The notes under the pieces: generated by a model
The model's input: only the letters and a program-made list of their open reading frames with translations
Databases searched by the model: none
Told to the model about the DNA's origin: nothing
DNA from: Acidimicrobiales bacterium
GTDB taxonomy: Bacteria > Actinomycetota > Acidimicrobiia > Acidimicrobiales > Bog-793
DNA length: 64,000 bases
NCBI GenBank assembly: GCA_036510575.1
Contig: DATCDR010000036.1
Location: 54,161 to 118,160, forward strand
Direction of reading: 5' to 3'
Translations under genes and position numbers: made by a program
Part shown: positions 38,685-46,780 of the stretch, piece after piece
How positions within the stretch are numbered: position 1 is the stretch's first letter
Layout of the letters: each line of letters begins with the position of its first letter

Positions 38685-39777
38685 GTTCACGACTACGCCT
38701 TTCCACCTGAAACCTGTACTCGTCGAGTTGCTCGCCAGTGAGCTCAGATGCCGACTTACCGGATTGAACTCCCATATACCAGGACAACGTGAGCTCGACT
38801 GCCTCTTGCCAGTCGAGCACGCCTGACCAACCAAGGTCCCGCATGGCAAGCGTGGAATCGAGGGTCAAGGTTGCCATTTCGTGGTAGGTCGGTTCAGCCG
38901 TGGCCACCCACGGCTGCTCGGGGAGGCTGCCGCCAAGGTCGGTCCAGACCTTTGCCGCAAGTGTGACGATGTCTTGCACGGGAGCGGCGTCTAATTCAGT
39001 CGGTCCGAAGTTGTACGACTTCGAGACCTGGAGGTCGGTGGCGAGTGACTCGGCGAACACCAAGTAGCCGCGGAGCGGTTCAAGCACGTGTTGCCATGGC
39101 CGTACTCCTGCCGGGTTCCGAAGAACAAGCGTCTCGTCCGCCGACCAAGCACGAACCAAGTCGGGCAACAGACGGTCGAGTGACCAGTCCCCTCCGCCGA
39201 TGACATTGCCTGCGCGAGCGGTCCCTAGCCGAGTGCCAGTCGAGGGCCAGGCGGCGACCACGAGTTCGGCGGCTGCCTTGCTGGCGGCATACGGATCGAG
39301 ACCCCCAAGAAAACTTTGCTCAGAGAACGGCGTGGACTGTCGCGGGTCGTACACCTTGTCGGTGGTGATGACGAGACAGGCGATGACGCTAGGTGTCTCG
39401 CAAGCGAACCGAACAACGTCGGCAGTGCCTTGGATATTGGAACGAAAGGTGCGATACGGATCGCTGTAGCCGACCACGACGAGCGACTGGGCAGCGAGAT
39501 GAAGCACAACTTCGGGCGCCAACTCCGCTGCTGCTTGCTGCCAAAGCTCGGAGGTAATCTCGCCCCGCAGATCATGCACCCGAGCGAGACCCAGCTGCTC
39601 CCATAACGACGGCGTCGTGGGAGGTTCGGGAAGCGAGAGACCGATCACCTCAGCGCCAATAGCATCTAGCCAATACGCCAGCCACGAACCTTTGAATCCC
39701 GTGTGCCCGGTCAGCAGGACCCGACGACCTCGCCAGAACGTCGGATCCGGAAGATGCTGGCGCGACTCTCCACTCAC
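38677..39777 (-). CDS. rfbG: CDP-glucose 4,6-dehydratase
   Basis: FWRGRRVLLTGHTGFKGSWLAYWL, TTDKVY and YAASKAAAE motifs. I chose the GTG at 39777, which forms a GTGA overlap with the rfbF stop. The track start (39858) lies inside rfbF. Confidence 0.88.
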   Translation of the reverse strand: MSGESRQHLPDPTFWRGRRVLLTGHTGFKGSWLAYWLDAIGAEVIGLSLPEPPTTPSLWEQLGLARVHDLRGEITSELWQQAAAELAPEVVLHLAAQSLVVVGYSDPYRTFRSNIQGTADVVRFACETPSVIACLVITTDKVYDPRQSTPFSEQSFLGGLDPYAASKAAAELVVAAWPSTGTRLGTARAGNVIGGGDWSLDRLLPDLVRAWSADETLVLRNPAGVRPWQHVLEPLRGYLVFAESLATDLQVSKSYNFGPTELDAAPVQDIVTLAAKVWTDLGGSLPEQPWVATAEPTYHEMATLTLDSTLAMRDLGWSGVLDWQEAVELTLSWYMGVQSGKSASELTGEQLDEYRFQVERRSREHA

Positions 39778-40544
39778 TGCTGCAACCACGGGGCCTGCCC
39801 GGTGGCCCACAGCCGATTTAGCTCGTCTCGGTCGCGCAAGGTGTCCATTGGCTGCCAAAAGCCATCGTGGCGGAAGCAGGCGAGTTGCCCGGCTGCCGCA
39901 AGATGCTCGAGGGGCTCCGCCTCCCAGGCAGTGCTGTCACCGGCGATGAGGTCGATTACTGATGGCGATAGCATGAAAAATCCGCCGTTAATCCAAGCGT
40001 CCCCCCCCTCCGGTTTCTCCTTGAAGTTGACGACCCGGTCACCCTCGATTTCGAGGGCTCCGAACCGAGCCGGTGGTCGGACGGCGGTCACTGTCGCCAG
40101 CGTTCCCTGCTCCTCGTGGAAGGCCTTCAATGCAGTCACATCGATCGGCCCCACCGCGTCGCCGTAGGTCATGGCGAAGACGTCCTCCCCGTCGAGATAG
40201 GTAGCGACGCGGGCAATCCTGCCTCCGGTCTGGGTGGTGTCGCCAGTATCGACAAGCGTGACGTTCCATGGCTCGAGTTCGCGGTGATACACCGTGACTT
40301 CACCGTTGGACAGGTCGAAGCTCACGTCAGACCCATGGAGCACAAAGTTCGAGAAGTACTCCTTGATTACGTAACCCTTGTACCCGCAGCACACCAGGAA
40401 ATCGGTGAAACCGTGGGCAGCATAGATCTTCATGATGTGCCAGAGAATCGGCTTGGTACCGATCTCGACCATGGGCTTCGGGCGCACGGAGGTCTCTTCT
40501 GAGAGCCTGGTCCCGAGACCGCCGGCAAGGATTACGACCTTCAT
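39774..40544 (-). CDS. rfbF: Glucose-1-phosphate cytidylyltransferase
   Basis: MKVVILAGGLGTRLSEETSVRPKPMVEIGTKPILWHIMKIY...WINGGFF...FWQPMDTLRD. ATG at 40544; GTG at 40562 is an alternative. Confidence 0.9.
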   Translation of the reverse strand: MKVVILAGGLGTRLSEETSVRPKPMVEIGTKPILWHIMKIYAAHGFTDFLVCCGYKGYVIKEYFSNFVLHGSDVSFDLSNGEVTVYHRELEPWNVTLVDTGDTTQTGGRIARVATYLDGEDVFAMTYGDAVGPIDVTALKAFHEEQGTLATVTAVRPPARFGALEIEGDRVVNFKEKPEGGDAWINGGFFMLSPSVIDLIAGDSTAWEAEPLEHLAAAGQLACFRHDGFWQPMDTLRDRDELNRLWATGQAPWLQQ

Positions 40545-40564
40545 GCTGGACAGGGCTCCCACGG

Positions 40565-40602
40565 AACTCGCTAACTAGCGGACGATAAACTCGCTAACCA
40601 GC
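40565..40602. promoter_or_regulatory. Candidate operator: 15-nt direct repeat in the rfbF / DMT divergent intergenic region
   Basis: AACTCGCTAACTAGC (40565-40579) and AACTCGCTAACCAGC (40588-40602). 14/15 identical, with starts 23 nt apart. Confidence 0.3.
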
Positions 40603-40603
40603 C

Positions 40604-40614
40604 GACTATAAACC
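40604..40614 (-). promoter_or_regulatory. Candidate -10 element (TATAGT on minus strand) for the rfbF operon, conserved in the relic copy
   Basis: GACTATAAACC here and GACTATAACCA at 35258-35268, upstream of the rfbF relic. It is an AT-rich island in GC-rich DNA, about 60 nt upstream of the rfbF ATG. Confidence 0.3.
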
Positions 40615-40804
40615 AGCCCCCTCCCGTTGGGCCGGAACTCGGCTTACAGTTGAGTTGGCATCGCGGATGTGGCGGTGCGATGTGGTGCGCGCCTTGCTGC
40701 CGTCGGCAATGATTGCGTGTGCACTCGGTTCCTCGACAGCCAGAATCCGCGGCCAGCCGGAAGTTGTCCGTGGCATCTCCCGGCACGCTGGCGATGCACC
40801 CCTC

Positions 40805-41779
40805 GTGATCTACGGAATCGTTCTGTCGTTCGCCGCGTCCGTCTGCTTCAACCTGAACAACCTCATGGAGAAGCGTGCGGTCGATCAGATGGCAAGACTG
40901 TCCGTTCGCCGAACGCGGCACATGGTCGTCACGCTTCTGCGATCACCGCTCTGGCTGGGCGGCTTCGCCCTTGGCGTACTCGCGGTAGTGCTGCTCACCC
41001 TCGCGTATTCGCTCGTTTCGATCGCGATCGTCCAATCGATCTTCGGAGCGGGAATCGTCCTCCTGGTGCCGGCCTCCCGGCTTTGGCTAGGCGAGCACCT
41101 GGGAAAGCGCGAGGTTGGCGGGCTCTGCCTTATCATCTCGGCGGTCGTGCTGGTCTCAGTGTCGCTCGGCAGTTCATCCGCGCCCATCGACTCCCTTTCG
41201 TTGCTCCGAGTGATGGTCGTGAGCGGGCTCACGCTTGTGTCCGCGGGGCTCCTCTTCGGGGCGCTCCGCCGATCCTCGACCGACGTCAGCATCGCTTTGG
41301 GTGCCTCGTGCGGACTCATCTATGGCGTCGCGTCGATCCAGTCGAAGAGTGCGTCGGTGCTTCTTGAACATCGCGGGCTAGTGCACGGCATTGTCCGGGT
41401 TTTAGGGTCGCCCTACCCGTACGCGTTCCTTGTTGCATCACTCCTAGGCCTTGTGGTCTTCCAAGCGAGCCTCCAGCGCGTACGAATCGCGCTCGCGGCG
41501 CCAATGGTCAACATCGTCGGCAGCGCCTACACCGTCGGCGTGGGCATGCTCATCTTCGACGAGAGATTGCCCGCGAACCCTGCGCTCGCAAGTCTTCGCC
41601 TCGGTGGGTTCGCGGTCGTCCTCGTCGGTACGTGGATCCTCGCCACGGGAAATCCGGTCGTAGAGCGCGCTGCCGCCGTCCTTCCCGACAACGACACTGC
41701 CGAGATAGCGCCGAAAGAAGCGCCGCCCCAACTACAGCCAGACCGTCCAGATACGTGCCCGATCGACGGTTCCATCTAG
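40805..41779 (+). CDS. 9-TM DMT-superfamily (NIPA/EamA-like) membrane protein, candidate lipid-linked sugar flippase/transporter
   Basis: About 9 hydrophobic helices. I chose the start at GTG 40805 because the relic copy begins at the equivalent GTGATCTAC. The track ORF starts at 40655 with an Arg-rich, non-coding-looking extension. Confidence 0.6.
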   Translation: MIYGIVLSFAASVCFNLNNLMEKRAVDQMARLSVRRTRHMVVTLLRSPLWLGGFALGVLAVVLLTLAYSLVSIAIVQSIFGAGIVLLVPASRLWLGEHLGKREVGGLCLIISAVVLVSVSLGSSSAPIDSLSLLRVMVVSGLTLVSAGLLFGALRRSSTDVSIALGASCGLIYGVASIQSKSASVLLEHRGLVHGIVRVLGSPYPYAFLVASLLGLVVFQASLQRVRIALAAPMVNIVGSAYTVGVGMLIFDERLPANPALASLRLGGFAVVLVGTWILATGNPVVERAAAVLPDNDTAEIAPKEAPPQLQPDRPDTCPIDGSI

Positions 41780-42249
41780 ATCCTCGGCTCCACCTTTCTC
41801 GAAGCTTTCCATGCGCCAGGTCGAGGTTTCGCGCACCTTCGGCTTCGTAGTAGCCACCTCGACGATCCTTGGCCACCTAGCGGGATCGGAATCACTTTCA
41901 TCCATCGCTTGACGAAGGCAAGATCTGGTTCGGTCAGGCGGTCGCAGGTAGCCGGCGGAAAGGAATATCCGGACGCTCTGCGTTCATCCTCCCGATACTC
42001 GACCGGGCAGAAGCTTGCCTTGCGAAAAGGCCAACTGAGCGCGACGTCGAGGTTCACACCCGGACCTACGTAAAGCGAGAAGGCGCGACGGACCTCGCGT
42101 AGCATCAGGTGGAAACTTGAGAAACTCGTGAGTTCGTGCCCAGCATTAGGTGGCTGATGAGGAACCTCGCAGACCATGTCCCGACGTTGCGGAGCGGTTC
42201 GTGGGAGGCGTGTTCGTGGCTCTACCGTAGACGAGCTGGGCTCCATCAT
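41776..42249 (-). CDS. Hypothetical protein (possibly degraded)
   Basis: 157-aa ORF. The central part looks coding-like (LYVGPGVNLDVALSWPFRKASFCPVEYRED...AFVKRWMKVIPIPL), but the C-terminal tail is Arg-rich and junk-like and overlaps the DMT gene end. No family recognised. Confidence 0.3.
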   Translation of the reverse strand: MMEPSSSTVEPRTRLPRTAPQRRDMVCEVPHQPPNAGHELTSFSSFHLMLREVRRAFSLYVGPGVNLDVALSWPFRKASFCPVEYREDERRASGYSFPPATCDRLTEPDLAFVKRWMKVIPIPLGGQGSSRWLLRSRRCAKPRPGAWKASRKVEPRI

Positions 42250-42395
42250 CGAGGGCCTGATCGAGCGAATAGTGGCCGAAGACCGCCTCGCTGATCCCCT
42301 TACAAGTTCCTTCGCTCAGGTTCAGGGCTACCAACTACTTGGGGTCGCTTGGGTCAGCGTGATCACCACATGGGAGCAGATATGCATCGCTGACA

Positions 42396-43532
42396 TCACT
42401 CGGTGGAGTCGGGTAAATTGATCGATTCCTTAATGACATAGAGCGGTCGATGCTTGATCTCGCGATAGATCCGGCCGATGTACTCTCCGAGCACGCCGGC
42501 GCAGATCAGTTGAATGCCACCGAGGAACAGCAGCACACACATCAGCGACGCGTATCCTGGAATCTGGTCGGCAGGATGGATCAGTTTTCCTGCAATTATC
42601 CAACAGATGTAGGTCATGCTCGCCAACGTCACTAATGCTCCGAGTTGGAGGGCGAGCCGTAGCGGGCGCTCCGAAAACCCCGTGATCCCATTCACGGCCA
42701 GCCGAAACATCTTTCCCAGGTTGTAGCTCGTGGTCCCGCCGTGTCGGGGATCCCGGATGTAATTGATCGGTACCTGGCGGAACCCGAGCCAAGACACCAT
42801 CCCGCGCAGATACCTGCTCTCCTCTCTCATTGAACGAAGCGCGAGAACCACCTTGCGATCCATGAGGCGGAAATCACCAGCATCAATCGTCATCGGAGTC
42901 TCCGACAGGCGAGACAAAAGGCGGTAAAAGGCTCGGGCGCTGAGCACCTTGAGTGTCGATTCTCCGCGGCGCGCATCACGCACCCCGTAGACAACCTGCG
43001 CCCCCGCTCGCCATTCCTCAACCATTCGCGCGATGACCTCAGGGGGATCTTGGAGATCGCTGTCGATGACGACCACCGCATCTCCTGATGTGTGGTCAAG
43101 GCCACAAGTAATGGCGACCTGATGCCCGAAGTTGCGAGACAGCTGAATCACCCGCAGCCTCGTGTCCATCGCGGCGGCCTCGCGAAGGTGATCCGGTGAC
43201 TTGTCGGTACTTCCGTCATCGACGAGCACCATCTCCCAGCCAGCGTCCAGGTCAAGCCCGTCGAGTACGCAGCGACACCTGCGAACGAACTCATCGATGC
43301 ACTCTTCCTCGTGGTACACGGGCGCGACAACAGAAAGAGTCGGATGCGCGGGCGAGTCCACGACGATGATGGTATTCGAATCTATCTTCTTCGGCGCGGA
43401 GTCGATCTCGAAATCCTGCGTCGGCGTGCCCCTAACCGTCGCCCAACAGCGAGTGAGACTGCCTTGGGAACCGGTGTACTTACGCCGCGAGCTCTCGTGA
43501 TGTTGGCGCCGCCGAGAGAGCAGAGTCTGCAT
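42396..43532 (-). CDS. GtrB/ArnC-type GT2 polyprenol-phosphate glycosyltransferase with two C-terminal TM helices
   Basis: LSVVAPVYHEEECIDEF...LVDDGSTDKS...LSRNFGHQVAITCGLDH...VVVIDSDLQDPPEVI...AGDFRLMDRKVV, then two TM helices (LQLGALVTLASMTYICWIIAG, LMCVLLFLGGIQLICAGVLGEYIGRIY). The N-terminal ~70 aa may be an over-extension. Confidence 0.85.
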   Translation of the reverse strand: MQTLLSRRRQHHESSRRKYTGSQGSLTRCWATVRGTPTQDFEIDSAPKKIDSNTIIVVDSPAHPTLSVVAPVYHEEECIDEFVRRCRCVLDGLDLDAGWEMVLVDDGSTDKSPDHLREAAAMDTRLRVIQLSRNFGHQVAITCGLDHTSGDAVVVIDSDLQDPPEVIARMVEEWRAGAQVVYGVRDARRGESTLKVLSARAFYRLLSRLSETPMTIDAGDFRLMDRKVVLALRSMREESRYLRGMVSWLGFRQVPINYIRDPRHGGTTSYNLGKMFRLAVNGITGFSERPLRLALQLGALVTLASMTYICWIIAGKLIHPADQIPGYASLMCVLLFLGGIQLICAGVLGEYIGRIYREIKHRPLYVIKESINLPDSTE

Positions 43533-44066
43533 CGATGGCGAGGCCTCCTATCGAGGCTCGGGCGCGGTCGTTCGACTCCGAGCAGAGTTTGGAAGTGTTC
43601 CCCGAGGAAGAGCACCGCCCTGGCCGTCGTGTTGACAACGAGGTCCTTGTAGCCCCGTTGTGATCCGAACTTCGGCTAGCCCGATCGCCTACCATCCGGC
43701 CGTGGATGAGCGCGTGACCGTCGACTTTGCGTGGCAAGTGGTCGGTGGCGTCAGGCTCGATAGCAACTGTCGCCATTGGTCTTCGATGAATTCGCGTCGT
43801 CTGCTGGTACCCGGTGACCTTCCACCAGGTCGCCAACCAACGGTGCTCCAGGAGCTCGTCACCGACACTGTCAGCCTCGGCGGCCCAGAACAGGATGATA
43901 CTTTTGGGCGATTCTCGAAGCGCTCATCATGGGCACCCGCGCGATGGATGGAACAGCATTGATGCCACCAACTGTGTGCGCGCTGAACGAAGACAGTCGT
44001 GACTGCCGCGCGCCGAGCCTGGTCAGTGGTGTCCTCGAACGAGCGTTGTCGGCTCCGGCGCCTTAG

Positions 44067-46340
44067 GTGACTACTGCAGCGACATTCATAAGTCGCGAGC
44101 TTGCGATGCTCACATTTCTCACCCTTGCCGGGTCTGGGCCAGCTACTCTGCTCCGACGTGTGTGTGCATGGCCCGTACGGCTATCGCTCATGCCGGTCGT
44201 CGGGTTTTGCACCGCGACGTGTGTTTTCACAACGACAGCATGGTTCTTCCCGGCGTCGTCGACGTGTTGGATATTCCTGATCCTCGCCACGGGATCCTTC
44301 GGCCTCGCAGTGTTTCTCACAAGGTCGGACCGAAGAGTCTCGACGGCGGCAGCGGATCCGGTCCTTTCGGGCGCCCACTCCCGACGACGTCGCGTCCTGG
44401 TCGGATTTCTGCAATGCGGGATCGTCGCGGTGGTGGTCTCCATTCCCATCGCCCTGATCATGATCGAACAGCATTCTGTCGGCCCAGCGACGTACCAGGT
44501 TTACGACACAGACTCATATCTAGCTATGCAGGACGGCCTTCAACACCAGTCGCTCGACGAGGCGCGAGTGACTCATACCGGCAATAAGGACCTCGTCCAG
44601 AACCTCTACAGCAGTCTTGCGGATACGTCCCAAGACACTGAAATGTCCCCGGTGGCGGCGAACCTTAATGAACTACTCGGCCTCGATGCCACAGAGACCC
44701 AGAGCGCCTACCTCCTCGCCCTCCTCGTCGTCGGGGGGCTCGGGCTATTCGGTGCAATCTGCGTCGCGACTGGAACTGTGTCGTGGTGGGCAATATTCGG
44801 GGGCTGCCTTTTCGGCGGTGCATTCTTCATGCAGCTCTACTTCGACGGCAGCGAAGGAGCCATATGTGGGCTGATCACGCTCCTGCCATTGGGTGCTGTT
44901 TCCATTGCTGCCGTCAGGGCGAAGCAACGCCACGTTCTCATCGTGCCAGCCATCATTCTCTCCGCACTGTTCGCGCTGTATCCGATCTTCTTGAGTGTCG
45001 TGGGCGTAACTACGGGAGCGGCACTCGTCATCGCAACGTTGAAATCGGGAGCGCTGCGGAATCGCTCCTGGCGATCGACAATCAACGCGTCCGCGAGCCT
45101 CGTTGCGGTTATCGCGGTCGCTATCGCAATGGACCTGGTGGGCTTCCTGCGGGCGTGGCAGGTGTGGGTCCACGTGCTCAACACGAATTTCGCGAACGTC
45201 GGCTTTCCCAATTACCACCTAACGGCGACGGAATTCCCCGGCTGGTTTTTTCAGACGACCGGTTTCTACAGCTTTGCAACGCCGCCGACGCCGATGACCG
45301 GCACCATCGCCGCTCTCGTGGTGCCGCTCATCGTGCTCGCGGTTGTTCTACCAGCTGTCCGGCGCAACCCCTTCGCTTGGCTCGTCGTGCCAGCAGTCCT
45401 CACAGTCGTCATCGGCGCTCACCACCAAGTCGCCACCGAGTCGTGTTCATACTGCGAGGATCGCAATCTCTTGCCAATGAGCGTCCTTCTCTTCTTCCTC
45501 GTAGGACTGGGCGTGGTAATCCTCGCCCTCAAGCGCCCGCTGTTGGCCGTCGCGATCGCCTTACTCGGTGCGGGCTTCATGTCATATGCCGGCTACAACG
45601 AGAGCAACCGGTACGCGACGGGTGCGTATCTGCTACCAACATCATTGCGAAGTGTCGTCGAGAAGATTCCCACTCATTCTGGCACCGTCGATTTGGAGGC
45701 ATTCGACGCGGCGCCAAATGCGCCAGGCGAATTTCCCCTGGCTTATGATCTCGTCTACGAGGCAACAGATCACCAAGTTTCGGCTCCGGCAGACCAACTC
45801 GGCGATCCGGGACTGGCTTATGTATATGTGCATCCGCTCAACGGTATCCTGGGCGAAATATTCGACCCAAACTATCGATTCATTCTGACCAGAATCCCAT
45901 CCGTATCGACTACTCGGATAACCCTCGCGACAGGTCCGGGCATCGCACTTGAGGAGCGCGGGACGGGACTCGACGTGACGGTGGACGGTGGCCTGAGCGT
46001 TGCGCAAGCAGATGACTCGGATGGTGTGGCATACGTCGTGGGTCCGGTGAACTTCATCATCTCGGGGACGAGCCGGAGGACACCCTCCGTACTGTTCAGC
46101 CTCGCACTCCCGCCGAATCTTCCCCCAAGCGACCTCGCTGCCCTGAGCAGACTCGGGTCGATTGACACGTCCACGGAGACGTTCTCAGGTTGTGTCGGGA
46201 CCACTTCGGTCGCGACAGTGGACTCCGTGTACGCCCCCCGCGGTATCTCCGGACTCCACATCGGGACGGCAGCCATTCCAGGGAACCTCGGCATTCGTCT
46301 GACATCGATGCGGGCAACGGTGGCGAGGTGCTCCCGATAG
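44067..46340 (+). CDS. Very large polytopic membrane protein with C-terminal soluble domain (GT-C/YfhO-like candidate)
   Basis: 757 aa with hydrophobic segments through about aa 520. Early loop with YDTDSYLAMQDG. A ~230-aa C-terminal non-membrane domain. Divergent from the GtrB-like gene. Confidence 0.6.
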   Translation: MTTAATFISRELAMLTFLTLAGSGPATLLRRVCAWPVRLSLMPVVGFCTATCVFTTTAWFFPASSTCWIFLILATGSFGLAVFLTRSDRRVSTAAADPVLSGAHSRRRRVLVGFLQCGIVAVVVSIPIALIMIEQHSVGPATYQVYDTDSYLAMQDGLQHQSLDEARVTHTGNKDLVQNLYSSLADTSQDTEMSPVAANLNELLGLDATETQSAYLLALLVVGGLGLFGAICVATGTVSWWAIFGGCLFGGAFFMQLYFDGSEGAICGLITLLPLGAVSIAAVRAKQRHVLIVPAIILSALFALYPIFLSVVGVTTGAALVIATLKSGALRNRSWRSTINASASLVAVIAVAIAMDLVGFLRAWQVWVHVLNTNFANVGFPNYHLTATEFPGWFFQTTGFYSFATPPTPMTGTIAALVVPLIVLAVVLPAVRRNPFAWLVVPAVLTVVIGAHHQVATESCSYCEDRNLLPMSVLLFFLVGLGVVILALKRPLLAVAIALLGAGFMSYAGYNESNRYATGAYLLPTSLRSVVEKIPTHSGTVDLEAFDAAPNAPGEFPLAYDLVYEATDHQVSAPADQLGDPGLAYVYVHPLNGILGEIFDPNYRFILTRIPSVSTTRITLATGPGIALEERGTGLDVTVDGGLSVAQADDSDGVAYVVGPVNFIISGTSRRTPSVLFSLALPPNLPPSDLAALSRLGSIDTSTETFSGCVGTTSVATVDSVYAPRGISGLHIGTAAIPGNLGIRLTSMRATVARCSR

Positions 46341-46350
46341 CTACACGTCG

Positions 46351-46661
46351 ATGAACCGACGGCATAGGCAGCTGGCGCGCAGGTTTCCCCAACCGTTCGG
46401 CTTCAGTCGAGGTGCCAGATGCGTTCGCCCGAAATCCAAGCTCAGCCCTTCATGGACGTCGTCGACGCGATCTTGGTCGAGCGCGGGGCACCACCGAAGC
46501 AGCGCCACACGGTCTGGCGCACCCTCGAATGCCTGCGCGACGAGCACGCCTGGATCGACAGCGAGGTAACGATCCGGCGCCAGGGGAGGCAGCACCGCGC
46601 ACCTCCGCCGAGGTTGGTCGGTCGGCACCCCAGGCACGAGAAAAAGTCATCTCGCCATTGA
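46351..46661 (+). mobile_element. IS21-family transposase (IstA) N-terminal relic, frameshifted and truncated before the DDE domain
   Basis: RPKSKLS in one frame, then QPFMDVVDAILVERGAPPKQRHTVWRTLECLRDEHAWIDSEVTIRR in the next. This matches the IstA segment ...KLDPF..YID..L....AP.KQRHTA.RI..RL..EHGF.GSY.TV.RYV. No catalytic domain follows. Confidence 0.55.
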
Positions 46662-46780
46662 ACTAGCGACCGAGGCGTGTGATCGGCCTCGTGTCAACAC
46701 AGCCGCGTGACACTCCCCCTAGGCTGTGGAGCGACTGTAGTGCGGATGCTTCGAAGAGATGCCGCCGCGAACGGATAGAT

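Noticed and set aside
43533-44066. 534-bp gap between the GtrB-like gene and the 757-aa membrane protein, with small ORFs on both strands (e.g. ...FWAAEADSVGDELLEHRWLATWWKV... on the minus strand)
   Set aside because: The fragments could be another gene relic. However, I could not match them to any gene in the window or to any family, so the gap is treated as a divergent promoter region.
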